From: Candidatus Latescibacterota bacterium
GTDB taxonomy: Bacteria; Latescibacterota; UBA2968; GCA-2709665
Reading direction: 5' to 3'
DNA length: 64,000 bases
Assembly (NCBI GenBank): GCA_965237675.1
Contig: OZ250150.1
Coordinates: 1,952,001-2,016,000 of the forward strand
In this document: one piece after another, positions 39,853-51,714 of the stretch
How the letters are laid out: each line of letters opens with the position of its first letter
Numbering within the stretch: the first letter of the stretch is position 1
Made by a program: the position numbers and the translations under genes
The notes under the pieces: generated by a model
What the model saw: the letters and a program-made list of their open reading frames with translations, nothing else
Told to the model about the DNA's origin: nothing
The model's database searches: none

Positions 39853-41058
39853 TCAGCTTTTCCTGGGGTCCAGGTCGTATACCCTGAAGGCGCCCCAACG
39901 GGTAATCGACGTGGGTACATCCCGCGCCTTCACGCCGAGCCGCTTCTGCATCAGACTTCGTCGCGCCCTCACGTCTCCCGGATGGAGCGTGATGGTATCG
40001 ATTCCGTTTTCCGGAGGGTTGGCGAACGAGAACAGGTCGGACCCACCGTGTGTCATCGGTTCGTCGTCGATCCGGAGACGAACCACGCCGCCCCTCGTAT
40101 CCCATTCAACCCGGAACCTGTACACCTTGTCGTTCGCAACCGCTACGGACTGATCGAATTTGGTGATGCCTTCGGCGGTGCAGATGATTATCTTGCCCCT
40201 TAGCAACCCGAACTGGATATTTCCGTACTTGATGATGCCCTGGTATTCTTCCAGGATGAGGCAGGACTCCAGTGTTACGTCGGCCGGGCTCATCTCGAAT
40301 TCGACGGCGCCCGCTTTCAGTGGCGGGATGCGGGCTTTCACATAGCCGTACCGGGTGGCCGTCTCCAGCCATCGGTAATCGACGGGGCGCATCACAGTCT
40401 CACAGACGTTGTCGTCCGGCATGCCGTCCGGCGGCGGCGCGACAGGCGCCCAATACAGTGGGAAGGCCTCCCGGAAGGTCCCGATGTCGCCACTGAACTC
40501 GCAATATTCCCTCAGTCGTATCAGGCTGCCGGGTTCTGCCGACACCGTGGCGAGTTCGATTCCGGAGAGTTCCTGAACGTCCGGCCCGAGGCATTCTGGG
40601 ATTTCGACCGGGTCGTTTTTGTCCAGGGTGAACCACAGCTTTCCCTGTGTGAAGTCGAATCCGCCAAAGGTGAAACAATGTTCGTCGGACGGTACGACAT
40701 ACTGCTGGCGAATCGCAGGCTCGGCATAGGGCTTGCCGTAGTGAAAAGTCAGTGATTCGCCGGTATGCACGGAGCCGGCGGCTCCAGTCAGGTGGATCCG
40801 ACCGTCGACGTCGATCCGACAATCCAATGCGAGCCGTTCGTTTTCGTCATAGAAATAGATGTGGTAGCATTGTCCGAGGGCGAATCGAAGCCTCAATCTG
40901 ACGGCATCTCCCGGCCGCCGGATCGGGTTGTCGATTCGCCTGCAACAGCGCGCGCGGCCCCTTGAACCGTCAATCGTGAGGTAGCCGCCCTCTCCGAAGA
41001 CATAGGCGGCACCTTCGCCGCGGTCGTGCCAGCAGAAGTCCTGCGAGGCAATCAGCAT
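39853..41058 (-). CDS. Hypothetical beta-rich protein (possibly two concanavalin-A-like domains)
   Basis: Fills the gap between two + strand genes; start moved to ATG 41058 to avoid overlap. Confidence 0.6.
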   Translation of the reverse strand: MLIASQDFCWHDRGEGAAYVFGEGGYLTIDGSRGRARCCRRIDNPIRRPGDAVRLRLRFALGQCYHIYFYDENERLALDCRIDVDGRIHLTGAAGSVHTGESLTFHYGKPYAEPAIRQQYVVPSDEHCFTFGGFDFTQGKLWFTLDKNDPVEIPECLGPDVQELSGIELATVSAEPGSLIRLREYCEFSGDIGTFREAFPLYWAPVAPPPDGMPDDNVCETVMRPVDYRWLETATRYGYVKARIPPLKAGAVEFEMSPADVTLESCLILEEYQGIIKYGNIQFGLLRGKIIICTAEGITKFDQSVAVANDKVYRFRVEWDTRGGVVRLRIDDEPMTHGGSDLFSFANPPENGIDTITLHPGDVRARRSLMQKRLGVKARDVPTSITRWGAFRVYDLDPRKS

Positions 41059-41178
41059 GGATGCGCTCCCTGATTCGTGGGGATTCGAGGTCAATCGTCC
41101 TGAGCGAAAATAGGGTGTCCGGGTCGGACGATCAAGCAGGATTGTATCGTCGCCGGAACAAAATGAGGAGGAATCGTC

Positions 41179-43863
41179 GTGACCAGGGGCAGTTTGTTCT
41201 ACCCGGCGGAGTTGATCGAGAAGGCGAAGCGCAACGCGGAGAATTACGCCTGGGCGCAGCGGGCGAGGGACCGGATCGTCGAGGCGGCGCAGCCGTGGAT
41301 GGCATTTTCGGACGATGAACTGTGGGACCTGATGTTCGGAAGCGCCATCCGAAGATCCTGGATGGTCTGGTCCAACGGGCATTGCCCGGCTTGCAAAGAG
41401 GGCGTCCCGATGTACAACTGGCGTATCCAGGCACTGCGCCTACCGTGGAAGCTCCGCTGCCCGCGCTGCGAAGAGTTGTTTCCCAAGAACGACTTCCATG
41501 CGTATTACCGCTCCGGCCTGGACGGACACGGGGTGTTTCAACACGATCTGGCAGACGGATCGCTGTTATTCAATACGGAGCATCCGGATCCGGACGACCC
41601 GCTGCACAGGTTCGGCGTGGACGACGGCGAAGGGTACCGGGACGGCGGGAATATCTGGTGGTTCGTCGGGACGTACCTGGTCTACGGGCAATGGAAGCAG
41701 GTCGTGCACGGCGGGATCAGGGCGCTCGCCGCGGCTTACGCGGCAACCGGCGAACCGGTGTTTGCGCACAAGGCGGGGGTGCTGCTGGACCGCGTGGCGG
41801 ATCTGTATACGACGTTTAATTTCAAAGATCAGGCGATGATGTACGAAGGGCCGGCCCACGCCGGGTACGTATCCACGTGGCACGATGCGTGCGAGGAGGC
41901 GCGGGAACTGGCGCAGGCTTACGACCAGGTACGAGAGGCCCTGAGGGCTGATGATGCGCTGGCGGGGTTCTTGAGCGAGAAGGCTGCGAAGTACGGCGTT
42001 GGGGCGAGCAAGTCATCGCCGGAGGACGTGACGCGCCATATCGAGGAGGGAATATTGCAGGATACTGTTGTGAACCACGATCGTATCCGTTCCAACTATC
42101 CCCGCAAGGAAATCGCGTTGATTACGATTCATTCGGTCCTGGACTGGGAGGGAAACCGGGCGAAAGTCTACGGGTTGATCGACGAGATGATGGAGCGTGC
42201 GACGGCGGTGGACGGGGTGACGGGCGAAAAGGGTCTCGCGGGTTACTGTTCGGGGGTGATACAGAGTCTGGCTCAGTTTCTGGCGCGGTTCAGCCGTGTC
42301 GATGCGGCCTTTCTGGGGGATATGCTTGAACGGCATCCAAAGCTGAGGCAGACCTATCGGTTTCATATCGATACGTGGTGCCTGCAACAATACTATCCCC
42401 AGGTGGGCGACACGGGATCTTACGCGGCGAAGGTCGATAACTACGTGGGGGTCTCCTTTTCGAAGGATCCCGGGTTGGAACCGTCGATGTTCGCGTTCCT
42501 GTGGCATCTTTATCGGGAGACCGGTGATCCGGCCTACGTGCAGGCCCTGTTTCAGTCCAACGGGAATACCGTGGAGGGGTTGCCGCACGATCTCTTTGCG
42601 GACGACCCGCGCGCGTTTCAGGACGAAGTGCAGGCGGTTATCGACGCCGGCGGAACGGAGATCGAACAGGCCGGCGTAAACAAGACGGAATGGCGGCTGG
42701 CCGTGCTGCGGTCCGGTCAAGGAGAAAACCGCCGCGCCGCGTGGCTGGACTACGATTCGGGCGGGCCTCATGGGCATGCCGATGGGATGAACCTGGGGTT
42801 GTTTGCAATGGGCCTGGATCTGATGCCGGATTTCGGATATCCCCCGGTACATTACGGAGGCTGGTCGGGGCCGAAATTTCACTGGTACGTGAGTACCGCC
42901 GGTCACAACACTGTGGTCGTGGACGGAAAGGACCAGGAGCGCCCATCGGACGGCGAATCGACGTTGTGGGCGGATGGCGAGCAGTTCCGGGCCGTCCGGG
43001 CGAACGGATCCGCGCTCTACCGGATTCCACGCTATGAACGCACTGTGGCGATGGCGGACGTCTCGGATAGTAACAGCTACCTCCTGGACGTATTCCGCGT
43101 GGCGGGCGGGCGCGACCACGCGAAGTTTATGCACAGTCATTTCGGCAGGATTTCGACGGGGGGGCTTTCCCTGGAGCCGGCCGCGGATTACGGGTACGAA
43201 ACGCAGATGCGAAATTTCATGCGCGATCAACACCCGGACACCGGTTGGCACGTGGATTGGAAGGTCGAGGATCGGTTCGGATATCTGGAAGGGAACCGTG
43301 ACGTCCACCTGCGTTATACCGACCTGACGGAAGGGGCGGAGGCCTATACGGCCGAGGCGTGGGTCGCCCTGCGTGGTTTTGGCGGCAATGAGATGGCCTG
43401 GATTCCCAGGGTGATGGTGCGGCGGCAGTCGGATGCGGATCCGCTGGCGTCCACATTCGTGGGGGTCATTGAAGCCTATGAGGGCGAATCGACCCTTTCC
43501 GGCATTCGACGGCTTCCCCTGGAGGGCGGCAACGGCCGGGCGTGTTCGGAATCGGACGTGGCCGTGGAAATCGAACTGGCGGACGGTCGGCGGGATCTGA
43601 TATTGGCTCGAGACGTGGAGAACGCGGGACGGAACGGCGGGCAGATGGTGCAGAACGATCGGGGTATTCGGGCCGACGGTGAGTTGTGCCTGGTACGTCT
43701 GGACCGCGACGGCGGGATAATGGCGGTGGCAATCTGCAAGGGCAGGTCGTTACACGTTGGAAATACCCGCCTCGAGTTGAAATCGAAGACGGATTACGTC
43801 GAGGTGCGGTTTGATTCCGGCGCCCCCGCCATTGTCGCCGGAAATGGAGATTTGATTCAATAG
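41179..43863 (+). CDS. Heparinase II/III-like protein with N-terminal CxxC pairs
   Basis: HCPACK..RCPRCE, HGHADGMNLGLFA, MPDFGYP, TAGHNTVVVDG, YLLDVFRV. Confidence 0.85.
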   Translation: MTRGSLFYPAELIEKAKRNAENYAWAQRARDRIVEAAQPWMAFSDDELWDLMFGSAIRRSWMVWSNGHCPACKEGVPMYNWRIQALRLPWKLRCPRCEELFPKNDFHAYYRSGLDGHGVFQHDLADGSLLFNTEHPDPDDPLHRFGVDDGEGYRDGGNIWWFVGTYLVYGQWKQVVHGGIRALAAAYAATGEPVFAHKAGVLLDRVADLYTTFNFKDQAMMYEGPAHAGYVSTWHDACEEARELAQAYDQVREALRADDALAGFLSEKAAKYGVGASKSSPEDVTRHIEEGILQDTVVNHDRIRSNYPRKEIALITIHSVLDWEGNRAKVYGLIDEMMERATAVDGVTGEKGLAGYCSGVIQSLAQFLARFSRVDAAFLGDMLERHPKLRQTYRFHIDTWCLQQYYPQVGDTGSYAAKVDNYVGVSFSKDPGLEPSMFAFLWHLYRETGDPAYVQALFQSNGNTVEGLPHDLFADDPRAFQDEVQAVIDAGGTEIEQAGVNKTEWRLAVLRSGQGENRRAAWLDYDSGGPHGHADGMNLGLFAMGLDLMPDFGYPPVHYGGWSGPKFHWYVSTAGHNTVVVDGKDQERPSDGESTLWADGEQFRAVRANGSALYRIPRYERTVAMADVSDSNSYLLDVFRVAGGRDHAKFMHSHFGRISTGGLSLEPAADYGYETQMRNFMRDQHPDTGWHVDWKVEDRFGYLEGNRDVHLRYTDLTEGAEAYTAEAWVALRGFGGNEMAWIPRVMVRRQSDADPLASTFVGVIEAYEGESTLSGIRRLPLEGGNGRACSESDVAVEIELADGRRDLILARDVENAGRNGGQMVQNDRGIRADGELCLVRLDRDGGIMAVAICKGRSLHVGNTRLELKSKTDYVEVRFDSGAPAIVAGNGDLIQ

Positions 43864-43902
43864 ATGCGAACGTGTTCCGTGTCTCAAAGGAGCGGCAGTA
43901 CC

Positions 43903-45822
43903 ATGAAATCGAAACCCGAGTACGGAATTGTCGTTGCCGCAAACGTCATGGTACCCATGAGGGACGGCGTGCGGCTGGCTACGGATGTTTACCGCCCGGC
44001 CGTCGACGGGGAACCCGCGCCGGGTCGATTTCCGGCGATTCTGGGACGGACGTCCTATGACAAGAGCAGTCCTCAAATGTGGGTTGAACCCGTGGGGACG
44101 TATTTTGCGCGTCGTGGATACGTGGTGGCGATTCAGGATCTCAGGGGCCGGCACCGGTCGGAGGGCACGGGACAATACTTCCATACCGCCAATCCGGACG
44201 AGGGCCGGGACGGTTACGATACGGTGGCCTGGATTGCAGAACAGCCCTGGTCTAACGGGCGGGTGGGCACCGTGGGAAGTTCGCACGGGGCTATCGTACA
44301 GGCGGTGATGGCGCTGTACCGGCCGCCCAATCTCACGGCGATGTGGCAGGACGTGGGGCCGACCAATATGTACGCGCACTGTTCCCGCGAGGGCGGCGCG
44401 ATGGCGCTCCACATGTTCGGAGCCCTGTTCCTGCACGGACACGATGCTCAGGAGATAGCGGACGACCCCTCCGCCGTGCAGGCGTTCGTGGATGCCATGG
44501 AGGGCATGCGGGAGCTGGTATATTCCACCCCGTTCAAGCCGGGGGACACGCCCCTGGCCCTGGTGCCCAATCTCGAACGGGTGCTGTTCGATTACTACCA
44601 TCGCGGCGAGTACGACGAGTTCTGGCAGCAGGACTGCTGCGACCAGGAGCGCCACTTCGACAGGCACGGCGATATTCCTTCCGTCTTCAGCGGGGGTTGG
44701 TACGACCCCTTCGCGGTGGCGACCACGAATTATTTCACGGAAATGTCGAAACAGAACCGGACGCCCCAGCGGCTGTTGATGGGTCCGTGGAACCATGGCG
44801 GAATACGTGGAGAGGGAAGTTCGTTTGCGGGCGACGTGGATTTTGGGCCCGATTCGGCGTGGGGCGACGACGTGTACAACCGGGAACGGTTGCGCTGGTT
44901 CGACCGCTGGTTGAAGGATACTTCCATCGACGTGGCGGACGATCCCCCTGTGCGAATTTTCGTGATGGGAGGAGGCGATGGCCGGCGCAACGGCGAGGGC
45001 CGCCTGAACCATGGCGGAAAGTGGCGTACGGAGCGGGAGTGGCCCCTGGCCCGCACGGCGTCCACGCCGTATTACTTCCATGGCGGCGGCCGGCTGAGTC
45101 CGAAGACGCCGGGAGAAGGCGAAATGCCCGCGCGGTATCAACACGACCCCGACCACCCGGTGCCGACCATCGCGGGCAATGTGACCGGCTTCTACGAGAT
45201 GGTTCCGTTGGGCGACGGGATGGTCGCGAGGTACACGCCCCCCAGGGCGCGGATGCGCAGCATCATCCTGGACGGTGCGGCCCACCAGCAGGAGGGGCCG
45301 GGTATCGTCGGCGCCGAACCGCCGTATCTGCCCCTGGCGTCCAGGGCGGACGTGCTCGTCTTTCAGACGGACCCGCTGGATGAGGACGTGGAGGTGACCG
45401 GGCCGCTTTCGGTGAATATCTGGATCTCTTCCTCCGCAGTGGATACGGACTTTACCGCGAAGCTGATCGACGTCTATCCTTCCAGCGAAGATGATCCATC
45501 GGGTTATCATATGAACCTGGTCGATTCCATCATCCGCACGCGCTATCGGAACGGGTGGGAGACGCCCGAGATGATGACGCCCGGCGAGGTGGTTCCCGTG
45601 AGGATCGATCTCCCGCCGACCAGCAATTTGTTCAAACGCGGCCATCGGATCCGAGTGGATATCTCCAGCAGCAATTTCCCCCGTTTCGACGTGAATCCGA
45701 ATACCGGCGAACCCGTGGGAAGGCATACCCATTCGGTCGTGGCCCGCAATACGGTTTACATGGACCTGGCACGGCCCTCCCACGTTGTGCTACCGATAAT
45801 TCCGTTGTCGGAGGGGGGTTAG
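43903..45822 (+). CDS. CocE/NonD family hydrolase (S15-like)
   Basis: VPMRDGVRLATDVYRP, QDLRGRHRSEG, GSSHGA, GGWYD, GPWNHG, SSSNFPRFDVN. Confidence 0.93.
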   Translation: MKSKPEYGIVVAANVMVPMRDGVRLATDVYRPAVDGEPAPGRFPAILGRTSYDKSSPQMWVEPVGTYFARRGYVVAIQDLRGRHRSEGTGQYFHTANPDEGRDGYDTVAWIAEQPWSNGRVGTVGSSHGAIVQAVMALYRPPNLTAMWQDVGPTNMYAHCSREGGAMALHMFGALFLHGHDAQEIADDPSAVQAFVDAMEGMRELVYSTPFKPGDTPLALVPNLERVLFDYYHRGEYDEFWQQDCCDQERHFDRHGDIPSVFSGGWYDPFAVATTNYFTEMSKQNRTPQRLLMGPWNHGGIRGEGSSFAGDVDFGPDSAWGDDVYNRERLRWFDRWLKDTSIDVADDPPVRIFVMGGGDGRRNGEGRLNHGGKWRTEREWPLARTASTPYYFHGGGRLSPKTPGEGEMPARYQHDPDHPVPTIAGNVTGFYEMVPLGDGMVARYTPPRARMRSIILDGAAHQQEGPGIVGAEPPYLPLASRADVLVFQTDPLDEDVEVTGPLSVNIWISSSAVDTDFTAKLIDVYPSSEDDPSGYHMNLVDSIIRTRYRNGWETPEMMTPGEVVPVRIDLPPTSNLFKRGHRIRVDISSSNFPRFDVNPNTGEPVGRHTHSVVARNTVYMDLARPSHVVLPIIPLSEGG

Positions 45823-45824
45823 CG

Positions 45825-47714
45825 TTGCCAGACAACCGCAGGACGATCCGGCTGACCACGGCCCAGGCGCTGGTGAAGTACCTATCGGTACAGTACAGCG
45901 AGCGGGACGAAAAGGAACGGCGGCTGATTCCGGCGATGTTCGGGATCTTCGGCCACGGGAACGTGGCGGGGATGGGGCAGGCGCTCCACGAGTTCGGTCG
46001 GGATCTGCCGTATTACCAGCCGTGCAACGAACAGGCGATGGTACATACGGCTTCCGGATTTGCCAGGGCGACCCTCCGTAAGGCGACGTTCGCGTGTACG
46101 TCGTCGATCGGTCCGGGGGCGACAAATATGGTGACCGGCGCGGCCACCGCCACAATCAACCGGCTGCCGGTGCTTCTGCTGCCGTCCGACCACTACGCGA
46201 CGCGTCACCAGGACCCCGTGCTTCAGCAATTGGAGCATCTGATTTGCGGGGACGTGAGCGTGACGGACTGTTTTCGTCCGGTGAGCCGTTTCTTCGATCG
46301 CATCTCACGCCCGGAGCAGCTGCTGATGGCGCTGCCCGAGGCGATGCGCGTGTTGACCGATCCGGCGGATACCGGGGCGGTGACGCTGGCGCTCCCGCAG
46401 GACGTGCAGGCCCATGCGTGGGACTATCCTGCCCGATTCTTTCAGAAGCGGGTGTGGCGGATTGAACGTCGTTTGCCCGACCCGAAACGAATAGAAGACG
46501 CGGTGGCGCTATTGAAAGCGGCCGACCGGCCCATGATCATCGCAGGCGGCGGCGTGCACTATTCGGAAGCGTACGAAGCCCTGGAAGCGTTTTCGAGGCG
46601 GTTCGGCATACCCGTTGCCGAGACACACGCGGGAAAAGGGGCCGTGCGGTGCGGGTCTGCATTGCTGCTCGGCGGGCAGGGGGTTGCAGGCGTGCCGCCC
46701 GCAGCTGAGGTGGCGAAACGCGCCGACATGGTCCTGTGCATCGGCACGCGGCTGAGCGATTTCGCCACGGGGTCGCACTCGGTTTTCCAGCATCCGGAAG
46801 TGACGTTTGTCGGTGTCAATGTATGCGGGCACGACGCGAACAAGCTTGGGGCGTTGTCGATAACGGCCGACGCGCGCAAAACGCTGTTGGAGTTAACGAA
46901 GGTCGCGGAGCAGACGGGCGTCTTACCGCGCGAAGCCTACGTGCTGGAAATCGGATTACTGAAAGCGGAGTGGCAGGCGCAGATCAAGGAGGCGGTCCTC
47001 CGGCAACATCCCGGCGAGGCGATGAGCCAGGGGCAACTCGTGATGGCGATGAACGCCGAAGCCAGGGAGGGCGATACGGTGGTCGCTGCCGCGGGGGCGC
47101 CGCCGGGAGATCTGTTGAAGCTCTGGGATGCCAGCGACGGGAGAGACTGTCACATCGAGTTCGGGTATTCGTGCATGGGATACGAGATTCCCGCGGGCCT
47201 GGGGGTTCGCCTGGCGAAGCCCGAAGGCGAAGTGGTCGTGTATATCGGTGACGGGACCTATCTGATGAATCCGACCGAACTGGTGACGGCGCTGCAGGAA
47301 GATCTGAAGATCACGGTGGTCATCGCGGAGAATCACGGTTTTCAGTGCATCCGGCAACTTCAGATGGGGCGCGCGGGGCACAGTTTCGGCAATGAGTTTC
47401 GAGCGCGAGACCGGGATTCGGGGCGGCTGGAAGGGGACTTTCTGGGGATCGATTTCGCGAGGAATGCCGAAAGCATGGGAGCCAGGGCGTGGCGGGTGGC
47501 AACCCCTGACGCCTTGCGGGCTGCCCTGCGGGAAGCCCGCAAGGAGCGGCGGTCGTGCGTCATTGTCGCGGAGGTGGAGAAATACCGGGACGCGCCGGGC
47601 TCCGGCGTATGGTGGGATGTCGCGCCCGCTGAGACTTCGCGGGACGATGTGACCCGGGCGCTGCGTGCCGAGTACGAGCGAAACCGCGAGCAGCTGCAAC
47701 GGTATTACGGTTAA
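45825..47714 (+). CDS. iolD: 3D-(3,5/4)-trihydroxycyclohexane-1,2-dione acylhydrolase (ThDP-dependent)
   Basis: IRLTTAQAL, GIFGHGNVAG, DPVLQQLE, HIEFGYSCMGYEI, GDGTYLM. TTG start at 45825. Confidence 0.93.
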   Translation: MPDNRRTIRLTTAQALVKYLSVQYSERDEKERRLIPAMFGIFGHGNVAGMGQALHEFGRDLPYYQPCNEQAMVHTASGFARATLRKATFACTSSIGPGATNMVTGAATATINRLPVLLLPSDHYATRHQDPVLQQLEHLICGDVSVTDCFRPVSRFFDRISRPEQLLMALPEAMRVLTDPADTGAVTLALPQDVQAHAWDYPARFFQKRVWRIERRLPDPKRIEDAVALLKAADRPMIIAGGGVHYSEAYEALEAFSRRFGIPVAETHAGKGAVRCGSALLLGGQGVAGVPPAAEVAKRADMVLCIGTRLSDFATGSHSVFQHPEVTFVGVNVCGHDANKLGALSITADARKTLLELTKVAEQTGVLPREAYVLEIGLLKAEWQAQIKEAVLRQHPGEAMSQGQLVMAMNAEAREGDTVVAAAGAPPGDLLKLWDASDGRDCHIEFGYSCMGYEIPAGLGVRLAKPEGEVVVYIGDGTYLMNPTELVTALQEDLKITVVIAENHGFQCIRQLQMGRAGHSFGNEFRARDRDSGRLEGDFLGIDFARNAESMGARAWRVATPDALRAALREARKERRSCVIVAEVEKYRDAPGSGVWWDVAPAETSRDDVTRALRAEYERNREQLQRYYG

Positions 47715-47825
47715 TTTGTAGACAGCGTTCGGTCCCTTCCACCGGGCCTCTGGCTGGTTCGGGAATGGGTAAGCCGACCGCTGAAAGCTGAAGGTTGACC
47801 GCTTTTTTTTTCGGGAGACGATAAG

Positions 47826-48623
47826 ATGGCAACGAGCGAACCGACGGTACATCGATTGTTTGACCTGAGCGGGAAGGTGGCGCTGGTGACGGGCGGAACG
47901 GGGTTTCTGGGATCGGCGTTCGCCAGGGCGCTTGCCGAGGCGGGAGCCAGGGTCGTCATCAGCAGCAGGGACCGCGGCCGGGCCGAGGCTGCGGTGTTGG
48001 ATTTGTCCGGTGACGCCGGGCACGTGGGCGTTGAGCTGGATCATATGGATGGAGGATCCATCGAGGCCGGTTTTGCGGAGGCGGTGGAAACGACCGGACA
48101 AATCGACGTCCTCGTCAATAACGGACACGAGGGTCTGTTGAACGACTGGACGGACGTCACACACGAACAGTTCGCGCGGCAACAGGCAAACGTGGCCGGC
48201 TATTTCACGCTTGCCCGGCTGATGCGAAACGACGCCGTGGAACGCGGCGCGCCCGCGAGTATTGTGATGCTGGGGTCCATGTATGGTCAGGTGGCGTCCT
48301 ATCCGGATGCGTATGCCGGGGTCTGTCCGGCCAGCCCCGCGGCCTATCACGCGTTGAAGGGCGGGATCATCCACGTGACGCGCCACCTGGCGGTTTACTG
48401 GGCGGCGGACCGCGTGAGGGTCAATTGTCTGAGCCCGGGGCCGTTTCCCAATATGAGCAAGGCGCCGGCGGAGATGGTGGACCGGTTGTGTACGAAGAGC
48501 CCGATGGGACGAATGGGAGAGCCGCATGAATTGAAGGGGGCGATCGTGTTTCTCGCCAGTGACGCGAGCAGCTATATGACCGGGCAGAATTTGACGATCG
48601 ACGGTGGATGGACAGCGTGGTAG
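47826..48623 (+). CDS. SDR family oxidoreductase
   Basis: TGGTGFLG, YHALK (YxxxK), VRVNCLSPG, TGQNLTIDGG. Confidence 0.93.
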   Translation: MATSEPTVHRLFDLSGKVALVTGGTGFLGSAFARALAEAGARVVISSRDRGRAEAAVLDLSGDAGHVGVELDHMDGGSIEAGFAEAVETTGQIDVLVNNGHEGLLNDWTDVTHEQFARQQANVAGYFTLARLMRNDAVERGAPASIVMLGSMYGQVASYPDAYAGVCPASPAAYHALKGGIIHVTRHLAVYWAADRVRVNCLSPGPFPNMSKAPAEMVDRLCTKSPMGRMGEPHELKGAIVFLASDASSYMTGQNLTIDGGWTAW

Positions 48624-48696
48624 GTCCGGAAACGAATAGGGGCCGTGCGCCATCGCCGCCGGGATGTGTCCAACCCGTTCTTCGGGAGGATCGGCA

Positions 48697-50049
48697 ATGA
48701 ACGAGAAGAACACAATGCCTGCGCAGCATTCGGTTGTCCGGTCGATGGCCGTGTATGAGCGGGCGAAGGAAGTGATTCCGGGTGTGACCCAGTTGCTCAG
48801 CCGGCGTCCGACACAGGCGGCGCTGGGGGTGAGCCCGGTTTACGCCGCGAAGGCGAAGGGATGCCGGATCTGGGACGTCGACGGCAACGAGTACGTCGAC
48901 TGGATGAGCGGGGTGGGGCCGATCATATTGGGCTACGCGGACGAGGTCGTGGACGCGGCGGTCAAGCAGCAGATCGAACGAGGCGGCATCTGCAGCATTG
49001 TGCATGAAAGCGCCGTGGAACTGGCCGAAGAACTGGTCCGGCTGATTCCGTCCGCGGAGATGGTGCGTTACGCCAAAGGAGGGGGAGAGGCGTGCACCGT
49101 GGCGGTACGGATCGCGCGGGGGGTTACCGGGAAGGACAAGGTGCTGTTCTGCGGTTATCACGGATGGCACGATTGGTACCTGGCGGCGAATCTGGGCGGG
49201 GAGCGGCTCGACCGCCACCTGCGCCCGGGAATCGAGCCGATCGGGGTGCCGCGTGTGCTGGAGGGAACGACGATTCCGTTCGAGTACGGCGACCTGGAAA
49301 TGCTGGAGGATCTGCTGGAGGCGCATCGGAATGATGTCGCGTGCATTATGATGGAGCCGATGCGGACGGAGTTGCCGCCCCCCGGGTATCTGGAAGGGGT
49401 GAGGGACCTGGCAACGAAGTATGGGGTGGTTCTTATTTTTGACGAGGTGTCATCCGGTTTCCGTATTGCGCTGGGCGGGGTACAGGAGTATACGGGCGTG
49501 GTACCCGATCTGTCGGTGTTCGCGAAAGCGATCTCAAACGGGTACCCGATGGCTGCCGTGGTTGGCAAACGTGAGGTGATGGAGCCGGCGTCGAGGATGT
49601 TCATTTCCAGCGCCTACTGGGACGATCCCATCGGAACCGTGGCTGCCTTGACGACCCTGCGAGAACTGGAGCGAAGGGATGCGGTGACGCATTTCGAACG
49701 TGTGGGGGCGTCGTTCAAAGAGAGGATCAACCGGGCGGCGCGAGAGGCGGGATTGGCCGCCGAATGCGTCGGCGTTGCCGCCCACCCGGGCATCCGGTTT
49801 GAGGTCGAAGACGCAGAGACCGCGAGGAAAGTGACGACGCTGTTTATTCAGGAAAACGCCAGACGCGGGTTGATTCTGTCGACCGGATTTTTCTTCAATT
49901 GCGCGCACGACGAGGCGGCGCTGGACCACACCGAGGCGGTGGTGAGGCAGAGCTTCGCGTTGATCAGAGACGGGTTGGAGAACCGGCGGCTGGATGAATT
50001 ACTGGAGTGCGAGATCCGGGAGGATCTGTTCAGACGTTTGGTTCGATGA
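48697..50049 (+). CDS. Class III PLP aminotransferase (GSA aminomutase-like)
   Basis: WDVDGNEYVD, GYHGWHDW, LIFDEV, FAKAISNGYP. Confidence 0.9.
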   Translation: MNEKNTMPAQHSVVRSMAVYERAKEVIPGVTQLLSRRPTQAALGVSPVYAAKAKGCRIWDVDGNEYVDWMSGVGPIILGYADEVVDAAVKQQIERGGICSIVHESAVELAEELVRLIPSAEMVRYAKGGGEACTVAVRIARGVTGKDKVLFCGYHGWHDWYLAANLGGERLDRHLRPGIEPIGVPRVLEGTTIPFEYGDLEMLEDLLEAHRNDVACIMMEPMRTELPPPGYLEGVRDLATKYGVVLIFDEVSSGFRIALGGVQEYTGVVPDLSVFAKAISNGYPMAAVVGKREVMEPASRMFISSAYWDDPIGTVAALTTLRELERRDAVTHFERVGASFKERINRAAREAGLAAECVGVAAHPGIRFEVEDAETARKVTTLFIQENARRGLILSTGFFFNCAHDEAALDHTEAVVRQSFALIRDGLENRRLDELLECEIREDLFRRLVR

Positions 50050-50110
50050 CTCCTCCGGGAGGGGTCCGTGGCGATTCGCCGCGATCCTGAGACTGGGAAG
50101 CATCCTCCCG

Positions 50111-51679
<1,569 letters not shown>

Positions 51680-51714
51680 TTAAGAAGTGCGTCCGCCCGG
51701 CCAGTACCCGCGGT

